64,000 bases of DNA from Nitrospirota bacterium (GTDB taxonomy: Bacteria; Nitrospirota; UBA9217). Of this stretch, positions 21,388 through 31,472 are shown one piece after another; position 1 is the first letter of the stretch; each line of letters opens with the position of its first letter. The stretch is from assembly GCA_029858565.1 (NCBI GenBank), contig JAOUEV010000003.1:1-64000 (forward strand). The letters are read 5' to 3'. The notes beneath the pieces are model-generated. The model did not search any database, had not been told where the DNA came from, and saw nothing but the letters and a program-made list of their open reading frames with translations. The translations under genes were made by a program, and so were the position numbers.

Positions 21388-21845
21388 GATTCGAGTATAT
21401 CGAACCGTTCGTGAACTCCACGAAGAACGTGCTCAAGGGCGTGCTGCGCTCCGAAGTTGCCAGCGGCCGGACATCGCTTGTCGAGGGCGGGGTGATCAAC
21501 GGCGAGGTCATGATCATCGTCCATGTGGCCGGCGAGTCCGAGGGGAGCGTCATCCTGAGCATGGACTCTCCGACCGCCGTCAACGTGTGCTCGGCCATGA
21601 GCGGCGCGCCCTGCGCGTCCCTCACCGGCGAGGGGCTGGACATCATGGCTGAACTGGCGAACATGATCACGGGCAACGCTACGAGCGTGCTGAACGATCT
21701 GGGCTACGATTTCACCATGTCCCCGCCGATCGTGCTGGCGGCGACACAGCTCCGGGAGAAGACGGCGGGCGTGGAGATGGTGCGCATCCCGATCCGGTCG
21801 TCCCACGGCGAGATCTTCGTGAACGTGGCGATGCGGACGAACTGA
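21384..21845 (+). CDS. cheX: Chemotaxis phosphatase CheX
   Basis: YIEPFV start and ELANMITGNA (ExxN) motif. Confidence 0.9.
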   Translation: MRFEYIEPFVNSTKNVLKGVLRSEVASGRTSLVEGGVINGEVMIIVHVAGESEGSVILSMDSPTAVNVCSAMSGAPCASLTGEGLDIMAELANMITGNATSVLNDLGYDFTMSPPIVLAATQLREKTAGVEMVRIPIRSSHGEIFVNVAMRTN

Positions 21846-21871
21846 AGCGGCAGAGAATTGTGCGGAGAACG

Positions 21872-22918
21872 ATGATGGGCGAGTTTCAGGAAAAAATATT
21901 GCTGGTCGATGACGAGCGGAACATCCGGGAGATCTATGCCAGCCTGCTCGCGGACCAGGGCTATTTCACCGCGGGTGCGGCGAGCGCCTCCGAGGCCCTG
22001 GCGCGGATCGGCGAGGAGCGGTTCGACATCGTCTTCGTCGACCACTTCCTCGGCAGCGACCGAGGTCTGGACCTCATCCCTGCCATGGCGGCCAGGGATC
22101 CGCGGCTCTCCTTTGTCATGTTCACGGCCAACGGCAACACCGACCTTGCCGTGGAGGCGCTCAAGCGCGGAGCATCGGATTATATCACCAAGCCCTTCAC
22201 CGTGGCCGAACTTTTGAAGAGCATCGATTATGTGAAGCGCAAGCGGGCGCTCGACGAGGAACGGCGAAGCCTGGAGGACACCCTCCGGCGAACGGTGGAG
22301 CAGAAGACCGAGGAACTGAGCACGATTCATCTGTCCGTGCTGTCCACGCTCGCGCAGACCGTGGAGAAAAAGGACCAGGGCACGTACGGCCACAGCAGAC
22401 GGGTCGCCCATTATGCCATGCTGATCGCCGCGGCCATTGATCTGCCCGAAAGCGAGCGGAACACGCTGCGCGACGCCGCCATGCTCCACGACATCGGCAA
22501 GATCGGCATCACGGACCTGGTCATCGGGAAAAAAGGCCCGCTCACCAGCGCAGAACGCGATCTCATCCGCAGCCATCCCCAGAAGGGGTTCGAGATCCTG
22601 CGGCCGATCAAGCAGTTTGAACGATTCCTCCCCGTCGTTCTGCACCATCATGAGCATTACGACGGTTCGGGGTATCCCTATGGCCTTGCCGGGGAGAATA
22701 TTCCGCTGCTGGCGCGCATCGTCACCATAGCGGACGCCTATGACGCCATGGTCTCGAACAGGCCCTACCGGAGCGGGGGCAGCCATGAGCGCGCGCTTGA
22801 AGAACTCACGGCCTATGCAGGCAAACAGTTCGATCCCCGGATCGTCGAGGTGTTCACGGTCGCCGACAGCCGGTACCGGCATATGTTCAACCTCAGCGGC
22901 TCGGCGTTCCAGCTGTAG
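21872..22918 (+). CDS. REC + HD-GYP c-di-GMP phosphodiesterase
   Basis: Receiver, then GHSRRVA, LHDIGK, HHEHYDGSGYP, ADAYDAM, RPYR. Confidence 0.94.
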   Translation: MMGEFQEKILLVDDERNIREIYASLLADQGYFTAGAASASEALARIGEERFDIVFVDHFLGSDRGLDLIPAMAARDPRLSFVMFTANGNTDLAVEALKRGASDYITKPFTVAELLKSIDYVKRKRALDEERRSLEDTLRRTVEQKTEELSTIHLSVLSTLAQTVEKKDQGTYGHSRRVAHYAMLIAAAIDLPESERNTLRDAAMLHDIGKIGITDLVIGKKGPLTSAERDLIRSHPQKGFEILRPIKQFERFLPVVLHHHEHYDGSGYPYGLAGENIPLLARIVTIADAYDAMVSNRPYRSGGSHERALEELTAYAGKQFDPRIVEVFTVADSRYRHMFNLSGSAFQL

Positions 22919-22965
22919 CACCCGCTTGCACTCCGGCCGTTCTTTCCTTGGTCTCATTCTAATCC

Positions 22966-22994
22966 TTGACACCGTTCCGGCTTCAGGCTATATT
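22966..22994 (+). promoter_or_regulatory. Sigma70 promoter of the Fur-family gene
   Basis: TTGACA-17-TATATT just before ATG 23005. Confidence 0.7.
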
Positions 22995-23004
22995 TCACTA
23001 CCCT

Positions 23005-23427
23005 ATGCTGAAACAGCTTCGACAAAAGGGCGGCGTCAAGGGATTCAAGCGCACGCCGCAGCGTCTCGCGATCCTGGATTATCTCGACGGGAACACCTCC
23101 CATCCCTCGGCCGAGGAGATCTACAAGTCCGTGGGCCGGAAGAATCCCTCGCTTTCCTTCGCAACGGTCTACAACACGGTCAACACGCTGGTGCAGGCCG
23201 GCGCGATCCGGGAACTGACGATCGATCCCGACCGGAAGCGCTACGATCCCGACACGAGCGACCACCACCACCTGATCTGCCTTGAGTGCCGCACGGTGCA
23301 GGATGTGTTCGCCGAGATCCCCGTGGAGATTCCGCGGAGCATCACAAGCGATTTTACCGTCACGGGAAGCCACATTGAGTTCCGCGGCCTGTGTGGTCAC
23401 TGTAAAAAGAAGAAGCGGAGCAACTGA
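23005..23427 (+). CDS. perR: Fur-family regulator, PerR-like
   Basis: TPQRLAIL, HPSAEE, ATVYNT, HHHLICLEC and CGHC Zn site; followed by fprA and rubredoxin. Confidence 0.8.
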   Translation: MLKQLRQKGGVKGFKRTPQRLAILDYLDGNTSHPSAEEIYKSVGRKNPSLSFATVYNTVNTLVQAGAIRELTIDPDRKRYDPDTSDHHHLICLECRTVQDVFAEIPVEIPRSITSDFTVTGSHIEFRGLCGHCKKKKRSN

Positions 23428-23471
23428 GCGGTCCGGACCCGATTTCAGGCCGGTACAGGAGGGAACGCACC

Positions 23472-24728
23472 ATGAGAACGACCGAGATCAAGCCGGGCAT
23501 CCACTGGGTCGGCGCCATAGACTGGGCGGTCCGTGATTTTCACGGGTATGTAACACCCAACGGCACGACCTATAACAACTATCTCATCCTCGACACCCAC
23601 ATCACCCTCATTGACACGGTCAAACACGATTTCGCCGAGTACACGGTCGAGAATATCCGGAGTCTCGCAGATCCCGCGAAGATCGAGAACGTGGTCATCA
23701 ACCACATCGAGAACGACCATATGTCGAGCATCGGCCAGATCATGGAACTTGCGCCGAAGGCAACGATCTACATCACCGATCGCGGCAAGAAGGGCCTCGA
23801 CCGTTTCTATGACACTTCGCGATGGACCTTCAAGATCGTGAAGACCGGAGATACGCTGAGCACAGGCACGAAGACGATCGTCTTCCTGGAAACGCCGATG
23901 CTTCACTGGCCCGACTCGATGATGAGCTATGTGAAAGAGGACAAGCTGCTGATCAGTCAGGACGCCTTTGGACAGCACATCGCCTCGGCAGTACGGTTCG
24001 ATGACGAGTACTGCGACCAGTATTCTGTCACGACACTGGAACATGCGGTGGTGGACTACTACGCCAATATTCTCATGCCCTTCGGCCAGCTCGTCAAGTC
24101 AAAGCTTGCCGAGGTCCAGAAGCTCGGGCTCGACATCGACATGATCGCCCCGGACCATGGCGTGATCTGGCGAAAGGACCCCGCGAAGATCCTGAAGATG
24201 TATCTTGATATGGCCGAGGGCAAAGCCGCGCGCAAGATCGTGATCATCTACGATACTATGTGGCACAGCACCGAGCACATGACGACCCCCCTGGCCGAGG
24301 GTATCAAAGCGGCCGGCGTCGAGGTGGAGGTGGTCAAGCTCCGGTCCACGCCCATGAGCGTGGCGATCAAGAAATTCTGGGAATGCCGGGGAGCGCTGAT
24401 CGGCACGCCGACGCTGAACAACATCATGTTCCCGAGCGTTGCCGAGTTCCTGCAGCACCTGAAGGGACTTCGGCCGAAAAGCAGGATGGTCGGCGCTTTC
24501 GGGAGTTTTGGCTGGGGCGGCGGCGCGGTGAAGGAGGCCTATGAGGTCCTCAAGGCCATGGGGCTCGAGACCGTGGAGCCGGGGATCCAGGTCATGTACC
24601 GGCCGAGCGTTGAGGACGATGAAAAGTGCTTCGCCTTCGGCAAGCAGTTCGCCGAGCGGGTGCTGGAGTACCAGCGAAAGCTGCAGGGAGACGAGCCGGG
24701 CGTGTGCCGGCCCGGGAAACAGCTGTAG
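23472..24728 (+). CDS. fprA: Flavodiiron protein (O2/NO reductase)
   Basis: GTTYN, HIENDH, HWPDSM, DAFGQH, PDHG and a flavodoxin domain (YDTMWHST, GSFGW). Confidence 0.95.
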   Translation: MRTTEIKPGIHWVGAIDWAVRDFHGYVTPNGTTYNNYLILDTHITLIDTVKHDFAEYTVENIRSLADPAKIENVVINHIENDHMSSIGQIMELAPKATIYITDRGKKGLDRFYDTSRWTFKIVKTGDTLSTGTKTIVFLETPMLHWPDSMMSYVKEDKLLISQDAFGQHIASAVRFDDEYCDQYSVTTLEHAVVDYYANILMPFGQLVKSKLAEVQKLGLDIDMIAPDHGVIWRKDPAKILKMYLDMAEGKAARKIVIIYDTMWHSTEHMTTPLAEGIKAAGVEVEVVKLRSTPMSVAIKKFWECRGALIGTPTLNNIMFPSVAEFLQHLKGLRPKSRMVGAFGSFGWGGGAVKEAYEVLKAMGLETVEPGIQVMYRPSVEDDEKCFAFGKQFAERVLEYQRKLQGDEPGVCRPGKQL

Positions 24729-24809
24729 GAAACGATTGTAGCCTGTAGCCGGGGTCCCGTGGCAGGAGTAACACAGGCTCCCTCATACCGAACCACCAAG
24801 GAGGACACC

Positions 24810-24938
24810 ATGTGGCGATGCACCGTGTGCGGTTATGTGTACGACGAAGCAAAGGAAGGAAAGAAGTTCGAAGATCTTCCTGATGACTGGACCTGTCCGG
24901 TCTGTAATGCGCCTAAAGAGGCGTTCGTTCGGGCGTAA
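24810..24938 (+). CDS. Rubredoxin, 42 aa (absent from ORF track)
   Basis: [42 protein letters not shown]; RBS aaggagg. Confidence 0.95.
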   Translation: MWRCTVCGYVYDEAKEGKKFEDLPDDWTCPVCNAPKEAFVRA

Positions 24939-24952
24939 CGTATCGTTCTGAC

Positions 24953-24988
24953 AAAAAAAGGCCGGAGGGGTTTCCCTCCGGCCTTTTT
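24953..24988. terminator. Bidirectional intrinsic terminator
   Basis: A-run, ggccggaggg/ccctccggcc stem, T-run, between convergent genes. Confidence 0.9.
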
Positions 24989-25003
24989 GCGTTTCCAGGA
25001 ATG

Positions 25004-26518
25004 TTAGAAACGATAGCTGTACATCAACTGTGCGTTGTTCTGGCTGTGCTTGTTGGTAATACCCGAGCCGGCGTTCACTTTCACTTCCGGCGCGTAGGCG
25101 AGGGAGAGGTTCACTGCCTGCGCCTTGTCGATGTCATACCCGCAGCCAAGGGTGACATGGTTCTTGATGATGGCCGGGAAGAGCGAGTTCAGGTACGTGT
25201 CCGGGATCGGGTTGTTCGCGATGTTCAGACCGCCGCGCACGGTGAACTGGTCGGTCGCCTTGTATCCGGCGCCGAGCATGAACACGTTCTGGTCCTTCCA
25301 GTTCTGGAACAGGGTGGCGTTCAGCGCGGTGCCGCCGAAGGCTGCCGCGAACTGATTGTACTGCGAAGCCGCCGGGTCGGCGGTGAAGGTCATCTGGAAG
25401 TTCTTCATAACGCTTTCCCAGTTGATCCACTTGTAATCAACCACAAGCACAAGCTTGTCCGAGGCATGATAGGCAGCGCCCACGCCGATCGTCTGGGGCC
25501 ACTGGAAGTCCTTGATCGCGATCTTGCCCATGATCGGGATCGTTACGCCCGTATAACCCGCTCCGGTGGGCGCGCCGCCGGCAAGGACATTGTTGTCCAC
25601 ATTGGCATTGAACGCGACCGTTGCTCCAGTTGCTTCGAGATCGCCCAAAGCAGTCTTGCTGTGGTAAGTGGCGCCGAGGGTGAGCTGGCTGTTGACCTTG
25701 TAAACTCCGCCGAGCTTGCCCGCGAAACCCGTGCCTTTTGCCTTGCCTGAGAAGGCGCTGTCATCGGAGAAATCGAACCTGCCCCAGTTTACCGGGTCCA
25801 TCGGATTGATCATGCCTGCAGGAAGGGTGCAGCCTGCGCCACCCATGGTCGCGCAGCCGAAGGCGTCCATCATGCTGCCTGAGACCGTGCCGAAGGTCTG
25901 GGTCGAGCCGGGGAATCCCGCCATATCCATGAACATGCTGCCGGGCATGGCCATCTTGAGGTCCATGGTTGCCCAGACAAAATCGAGAGTCGCGCCGACG
26001 CCCAAGCCGTTGCTGTACTCATGGGCGATCGGGATGAGCAGCCGTCCCACACCGACCTCGGACCGGACCTTGTCCCCGGAACCGGCAGCAAGAAAGGAGC
26101 TTGCGTCAAATTCCGTTCCCATGCCGCCTTGGGCGAATAAGGCGATGCCGTAAGATGTGGAGCCGGACTTCTGTATCCAGCCGATAGCGGGCATGTAGAA
26201 CGCGTCTGCCGATGAATCTGCATCAGGAGCGCCGGTTGCCGACATGGAGACATTCGGCCCCAGGAAGCCCAGGGCCACATCCAGGCGGTTGCCGGGCTTC
26301 ATCAGGGAGAGCGTGGCCGGGTTGTTCATGACCGCGGCGGAGCCGTTGTCATAGGCCATGGACGCGCCGCCCATACCCGCGGCAACAGGGCCATAGCCTT
26401 CGAGGTTCATACCATTGGTTGCGAGAGCAGAGGGAACTGCGATGAACGAGGAGGAAAGGAAGAACGCAATGACGAGCAGTGCTGCAGCCTTTCTAATTCT
26501 GAAATTCAGATGATCCAT
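25004..26518 (-). CDS. FadL/OmpP1-family outer-membrane transporter
   Basis: Signal peptide, TNGMNLEGYG...GMGGA, NNPA motif, C-terminal YSYRF. Confidence 0.9.
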   Translation of the reverse strand: MDHLNFRIRKAAALLVIAFFLSSSFIAVPSALATNGMNLEGYGPVAAGMGGASMAYDNGSAAVMNNPATLSLMKPGNRLDVALGFLGPNVSMSATGAPDADSSADAFYMPAIGWIQKSGSTSYGIALFAQGGMGTEFDASSFLAAGSGDKVRSEVGVGRLLIPIAHEYSNGLGVGATLDFVWATMDLKMAMPGSMFMDMAGFPGSTQTFGTVSGSMMDAFGCATMGGAGCTLPAGMINPMDPVNWGRFDFSDDSAFSGKAKGTGFAGKLGGVYKVNSQLTLGATYHSKTALGDLEATGATVAFNANVDNNVLAGGAPTGAGYTGVTIPIMGKIAIKDFQWPQTIGVGAAYHASDKLVLVVDYKWINWESVMKNFQMTFTADPAASQYNQFAAAFGGTALNATLFQNWKDQNVFMLGAGYKATDQFTVRGGLNIANNPIPDTYLNSLFPAIIKNHVTLGCGYDIDKAQAVNLSLAYAPEVKVNAGSGITNKHSQNNAQLMYSYRF

Positions 26519-26692
26519 AAGAATACCCCCCTTTCAGTATATGCAAGAACATGCAATTTTGTAACATCGTTTTACTGGTAAGTCAACAAGTATTTAATAT
26601 TGTAAACCGTTTGTTGCAACAGGGAATATTTCACCTGTCGGGGGGGACAAGGCGGGCTTTTATAAGGGTGTGACAAGAAACAGGATAGTTGT

Positions 26693-26721
26693 TTGACACA
26701 GTGCGCCAAAGCTACTATAAT
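26693..26721 (+). promoter_or_regulatory. Perfect-consensus sigma70 promoter upstream of radC
   Basis: TTGACA-17 bp-TATAAT. Confidence 0.85.
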
Positions 26722-26745
26722 CGACAGCACCAATCAGGAAAAATA

Positions 26746-27456
26746 ATGGAAAATAACAGATCGAATCATTTGAAATCCTGGCCAGCGGGCGAGAGACCCC
26801 GGGAACGGCTGCTGCAGCACGGGGCAGAGGCGCTGACAGACGCGCAGCTGCTTGCGATCATCATCCGGAGCGGAGAGGGCGGCAGGACCGCTCTGGACCT
26901 GGGACGGGAACTGCTCGAGCAATTCGGCGATCTCGCGGGGATCGCCCGTGCCGGGACCAGCGAGATCTGCACGGTCAAGGGCATCGGACCGGCCAAAGCC
27001 GCCGAGATCAAGGCCGCTTTCGAGCTTGGACGGCGGCATCAGAAACCGAGTCTGGCCGGCGCGTCGCTCTGCGCCAGCAGCGAGGTGGCGGGATATTTCC
27101 TTCCGCGGCTCAAGGACGCGAAGCGCGAGGAGTTCCGGTGTGTGCTGCTGGATACGAAGAACCGTATCATCAAGGATGAGACCGTATCCATCGGCAGCCT
27201 TACGGCATCGCTGGTCCACCCCCGGGACACTTTCAAGACCGCGGTGCGCGAGTCCGCTGCCGCGGTGATCTTTGTGCACAATCATCCCAGCGGCGATACC
27301 CGGCCGAGCCAGGAGGACATCCTGCTTACGAAGCGGCTCGTGCAGGCCGGCGAGCTCCTCGGGATCAGGGTGCTCGATCATGTGATTGTGGGTAATGAGG
27401 GACATTTCAGCTTCCGGGACAACGGATTGATCACGCAGGCGAGTTTAAAAGAATAA
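26746..27456 (+). CDS. radC: RadC (UPF0758, JAB domain) protein
   Basis: ERPRERL, HhH KGIGPAKA, HNHPSGD...S..D, LDHVIV. Confidence 0.96.
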   Translation: MENNRSNHLKSWPAGERPRERLLQHGAEALTDAQLLAIIIRSGEGGRTALDLGRELLEQFGDLAGIARAGTSEICTVKGIGPAKAAEIKAAFELGRRHQKPSLAGASLCASSEVAGYFLPRLKDAKREEFRCVLLDTKNRIIKDETVSIGSLTASLVHPRDTFKTAVRESAAAVIFVHNHPSGDTRPSQEDILLTKRLVQAGELLGIRVLDHVIVGNEGHFSFRDNGLITQASLKE

Positions 27457-27470
27457 AACAAAAGAATCGA

Positions 27471-27638
27471 TCTCGCGCAAAGCCGCGAAGACGCAAAGAA
27501 AAGATTAACTATTAAAAGAATAAGCTACTGTGAGAGAAGCGACATATGACCATACGATGACGTAAGTATATACTTATTCTACTCTTCAATATTACGCGGT
27601 TATTGTCTTACTTTGCGACTTTGCGGCTTTGCGCGAGA
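27471..27638. repeat. 28-bp inverted repeat built from 8-mers around an AT-rich 112-bp spacer
   Basis: tctcgcgcaaagccgcgaagacgcaaag versus ctttgcgactttgcggctttgcgcgaga, 2 mismatches. Confidence 0.85.
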
Positions 27639-27700
27639 AATGATCTTCTTGTCTTTCTTGTTGTTCCGTCCGAAGATATTTACCCAAAAGAGCTGACTTC

Positions 27701-28516
27701 ATGTCAATCACCACTCATTGCCGTACCGACGCTCACGTGCATCTCACCGGTCCTGATGCTTTGGAATCACTGCGTCGCGCGGGCATCTCCGCCGTCCGTG
27801 ACGCAGGCACGAAGAACAGCGCCGGGCTTGCGCTCCAGAGCGCATCCTCCGAAATCGTCATCCGATCAGCCGGACGGGCGCTTTCCAAAAAGGGCGGCTA
27901 CGGAGGCATGTTCGGCAAGGGCTTTGAAGCAGAAGCGGAGATCAAAGAGGAAATAAGAGCGCTCCGGAATGCCGGAGCTGGTATAATAAAGGTCATGGCA
28001 TCGGGGATCGTGAGCCTTTCTGATCCGGGAACGATCACATCGGGCGGATTCGGAGCTGCTGAACTGGTCGCGATCGTCAACGAGGCCAACGACCTGGGGC
28101 TTGGTGTCATGGCCCATGCCAATGGCGAAGAGGCCGTCATGAGCGCAGCCCTCGCAGGCGTCCGGTCGATCGAGCATGGGTTCTTTATGACCGAACGGGC
28201 CCTTGCGGAACTTGCGAAGGCCGGGATCTGGTGGGTGCCGACTATCGGCGCTCTTGAGCGGGCTGCGGCGGGTGCGAACGTCTCAGGTGACGCAAGGCAG
28301 AAGATCGATACGATCATCATGCAGCACCTGGCAATGATCAGGAAAGCCCATGAACAAGGCGTGAAACTCGCGATCGGCACTGATGCGGTTCTGCCTGATC
28401 CGCGGTATCGCGAGTATTATGAAGCGGAGCTGGATTACTTCCGGCAAGCGGGCATCGCTGATAAAGAAGTGGAAGGGATAGCCTGCGGGAGCGGCAGGGA
28501 ATTGCTAGGATTATAA
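27701..28516 (+). CDS. Metal-dependent amidohydrolase
   Basis: DAHVH, IKVMASG, MAHANG, SIEHG, IGTDA. Confidence 0.88.
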   Translation: MSITTHCRTDAHVHLTGPDALESLRRAGISAVRDAGTKNSAGLALQSASSEIVIRSAGRALSKKGGYGGMFGKGFEAEAEIKEEIRALRNAGAGIIKVMASGIVSLSDPGTITSGGFGAAELVAIVNEANDLGLGVMAHANGEEAVMSAALAGVRSIEHGFFMTERALAELAKAGIWWVPTIGALERAAAGANVSGDARQKIDTIIMQHLAMIRKAHEQGVKLAIGTDAVLPDPRYREYYEAELDYFRQAGIADKEVEGIACGSGRELLGL

Positions 28517-28599
28517 GGATTAGAGGAGCAAAGGATTAAGAGAGAACCCTCTCGTCCTTTAATCCTGTAATCCTTCGGATCCGTATTTTGTTAATCCTT
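28509..28599. repeat. AAGGATT / AATCCTT short repeats in inverted arrangement
   Basis: Three ggatta copies followed by three taatcc copies; aaggattagagg recurs at 63910. Confidence 0.6.
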
Positions 28600-28622
28600 A
28601 TTCTTCTTTTCTGGAGGTAATA

Positions 28623-29702
28623 ATGCGCATCGGTGTCCTTTCCGGCGGCGGCGACGCACCGGGGCTGAACGCGGTCATCCGCGCCGTAACCAAAACAGCG
28701 ATCTTCAAGTATGGCTGGGAAGTGACGGGCATCATCGACGGGTTCGAGGGGCTCATGAGCCCGACCAAGACCCGTCAGCTTACCTCCTGGAACACCCGGG
28801 GCATCCTGTTCGTGGGCGGCACGATCCTGGGCACCACGAACCGCGGCAATCCTTTTGCTCACAAGACCATGGTGAACGGCAAGGAGATCACCGAGGACAT
28901 GTCGTCGCTGGTGCTGAACAACATCAAGGAGCTCGGGCTCGACTGCATCGTGGTGATCGGCGGCGATGGATCGCTCAAGATCGGCCACGGCCTGTACAAG
29001 CTCGGCGTGCCGGTGATCGGCGTGCCCAAGACGATCGACAACGACCTCAGGGCGACCTACGTTACCTTCGGTTTCCAGACCGCGGTGGACACGGCCACCG
29101 AGGCCCTGGACAAGCTGCACACGACCGCGGAAAGCCACCAGCGCGTGATCGTGCTTGAGCTCATGGGCCGCTACGCTGGCTGGATCGCGCTCGAAGCAGG
29201 GATCGCCGGCAGCGCGGACGTGATCCTGATCCCCGAGATCCCGTTCAAGTGGGAAAAGGTCGCTGAGAAGCTGCTGGAGAGAAAAAAAGCGGGCAGCAAA
29301 TCGAGCATCGTGGTCGTTGCCGAGGGCGCCAAGCCCGAAGGCGGAGAGATGGCGGTTCGGGAAAAAGCAGCGGACGGGTATGTGCTGCGGCTCGGCGGCA
29401 TGGGCGAGCTCGTGGGCAGCGAGATCGCCAAGCGGACCGGCGTGGATGTGCGCGTCACCGTGCTCGGCCATCTGCAGCGCGGAGGCAGCCCGGACCCCTT
29501 TGACCGCCTGCTCGCCACGCGGTACGGCGCTGCCGCGGTGGAACTGATCGCGCAGAAGAAGTTCGGCCACATGGTCTCGTGGCAGCCGCCGGACATCACC
29601 TCGGTGCCCATCGAGAGCGCCATCGACACCCTTCGGCTCGTGGACCCCGAGGGAGACATGGTGAAGATGGCCGAGGGTATCGGGGTGAGCTTCGGCAGAT
29701 GA
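28623..29702 (+). CDS. pfkA: 6-phosphofructokinase
   Basis: GGDAPGLN, GGDGS, PKTIDND, ELMGR, GHLQRGG. Confidence 0.96.
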   Translation: MRIGVLSGGGDAPGLNAVIRAVTKTAIFKYGWEVTGIIDGFEGLMSPTKTRQLTSWNTRGILFVGGTILGTTNRGNPFAHKTMVNGKEITEDMSSLVLNNIKELGLDCIVVIGGDGSLKIGHGLYKLGVPVIGVPKTIDNDLRATYVTFGFQTAVDTATEALDKLHTTAESHQRVIVLELMGRYAGWIALEAGIAGSADVILIPEIPFKWEKVAEKLLERKKAGSKSSIVVVAEGAKPEGGEMAVREKAADGYVLRLGGMGELVGSEIAKRTGVDVRVTVLGHLQRGGSPDPFDRLLATRYGAAAVELIAQKKFGHMVSWQPPDITSVPIESAIDTLRLVDPEGDMVKMAEGIGVSFGR

Positions 29703-30841
29703 CGCTCTTCGTCATAACCTTTTTCTCCATATACGGAGGGATGCATCTCTACGCGTTCCTCCGGGCGCGGGCCGCGCTCGGATTCGGGCCGGTGATCGGT
29801 ACGGCCGTGGCGCTGTTCATGGTCGCCATGACCGTGGTGCCTTTCCTGATCAGGGGACTCGAGCGGGCGGAGTACGAGCTTTCCGCGCGGGTCCTGTCCT
29901 ATGTGGGCTATATCTGGCTTGCGGCGATTTTCCTGTTCTTCATTTTCTCGCTGGCTTTTGATCTGTACAACCTAATCCTCCGCGGAACGTCCCTGTTTGC
30001 CGGCGACCAACTCGCCAGATTTCTGATCGCGCCGCACCTGTCCTTCCTGATCTGCACTGGTCTTTCCCTTTTCATTTGCCTGTACGGCTACTTTGAGGCC
30101 CAGAATATCCGCACCGAACGACTCACCCTGATCACGGACAAGCTTCCTGCTGGTATTGACCGGCTGACCATCGCGCAGATCACTGACGTGCATCTTGGCC
30201 TGATCATCCGGTGCGACCGCCTGGTAAGCATTCTGGAGGTCGTGAATGCGGCAAAGCCCGATATTCTCGTTGCGACCGGTGATATCGTGGACGCCCAGAT
30301 CAACCACCTGCCGGGCCTGCGCGAGCTGCTGCAGGACATCAAGCCGCGCTACGGCAAGTACGCCATCACGGGGAACCATGAGTACTACGCCGGGCTTGAG
30401 AAGGCGCTGGAGTTCATCACCCACGCGGGATTCACCATGCTCCGCGGAGAGTCGCGGGACCTCGGCGTTATCCAGATCGCGGGAGTGGACGACCGTACCG
30501 CGCTCCAGGTGCACGCGCAACGACCGGTTTCGGACTCCGAGGCGCTCAAGCGGACCGACCGCAAAAAGAATTTCGTGCTCTTCCTCAAGCATCAGCCCCA
30601 TCCTGATCCCGACGCTATCGGGCTCTTTGATCTCATGCTCTCGGGCCATACGCACAAGGGGCAGATATGGCCCTTCCGGTATATTGCCGGACGCGTTCAT
30701 CCATTCCTTGCCGGCAAGTATGACGCGGGCAAGGGTTCCATCGTCTACACGTCCCGCGGCACCGGCACCTGGGGCCCGCCGATCCGCTTCCTGTCGCCGC
30801 CGGAAGTGACGGTGATCGAACTGGTGCGGAACAGATCGTGA
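29699..30841 (+). CDS. Membrane-anchored metallophosphoesterase (YkuE/YaeI-like)
   Basis: N-terminal TMs; DVH, GD, GNHE, SGHTH, GTWGPP. Confidence 0.92.
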   Translation: MTLFVITFFSIYGGMHLYAFLRARAALGFGPVIGTAVALFMVAMTVVPFLIRGLERAEYELSARVLSYVGYIWLAAIFLFFIFSLAFDLYNLILRGTSLFAGDQLARFLIAPHLSFLICTGLSLFICLYGYFEAQNIRTERLTLITDKLPAGIDRLTIAQITDVHLGLIIRCDRLVSILEVVNAAKPDILVATGDIVDAQINHLPGLRELLQDIKPRYGKYAITGNHEYYAGLEKALEFITHAGFTMLRGESRDLGVIQIAGVDDRTALQVHAQRPVSDSEALKRTDRKKNFVLFLKHQPHPDPDAIGLFDLMLSGHTHKGQIWPFRYIAGRVHPFLAGKYDAGKGSIVYTSRGTGTWGPPIRFLSPPEVTVIELVRNRS

Positions 30842-30923
30842 TGTGAACAGTACCTTGCCTTCCGTTTGCTTCTCTCCTATGATGATCGTCAAGTACTACA
30901 CGGAAAGAACCGCACTGCTTTTG

Positions 30924-31029
30924 CTCGCACGAAGCCACGAAGACACGAAGAAAGTCTTAAACCCGGGGATTTGAACGACGTAAATACTTGTTGTCATTTA
31001 TTCTCTGTGGCTTCGTGCCTTCGTGTGAG
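30924..31029. repeat. 29-bp inverted repeat built from CACGAAG-N units
   Basis: ctcgcacgaagccacgaagacacgaagaa versus ttctctgtggcttcgtgccttcgtgtgag, 24/29. Confidence 0.8.
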
Positions 31030-31072
31030 AACAGGGTTCCAGATTCCGCAGTTGATAGCGAGGGAGGGGGGC

Positions 31073-31456
31073 ATGCTCCAGGAAGTATCCCCGGTCAGGC
31101 AGATCGCCAATGAAAATCCCCGCCGCTGGTTCTCGTCTTCGGACATGGACCTGACCGTCTGGGTCGACCGGGAAGGGAAAATCAGCGGATTCGAGCTTTG
31201 CTACGACAAGGGCAAGGACGAGCGCGCAGTGCGTTGGTTCGAGAATGAGGGGTTCATTCACGAACGGATCGATGACGGGGAGAACAGGCCCGGCAGGTTC
31301 AAGGGAACGCCGATCCTGGTGCCCGACGGCATGTTCGCATCGCAAGTGATCGCGGAACGGTTTCATAAAGAAAGTGAGAATATTGAACAGAAGATCGCTT
31401 CCTTTGTGTATGGAAAACTGCTTGAGTACCCTTTGAGGAACCATCGAACTGTTTGA
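31073..31456 (+). CDS. Hypothetical protein
   Basis: Strong RBS gaggaggggg, globular-looking sequence, followed by a terminator. Confidence 0.75.
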   Translation: MLQEVSPVRQIANENPRRWFSSSDMDLTVWVDREGKISGFELCYDKGKDERAVRWFENEGFIHERIDDGENRPGRFKGTPILVPDGMFASQVIAERFHKESENIEQKIASFVYGKLLEYPLRNHRTV

Positions 31457-31472
31457 CGAACAGCAAAACAAT

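Noticed and set aside
26746-27456. radC as a marker of a mobile element
   Set aside because: Full-length chromosomal form with host-like composition and no mobility genes nearby.
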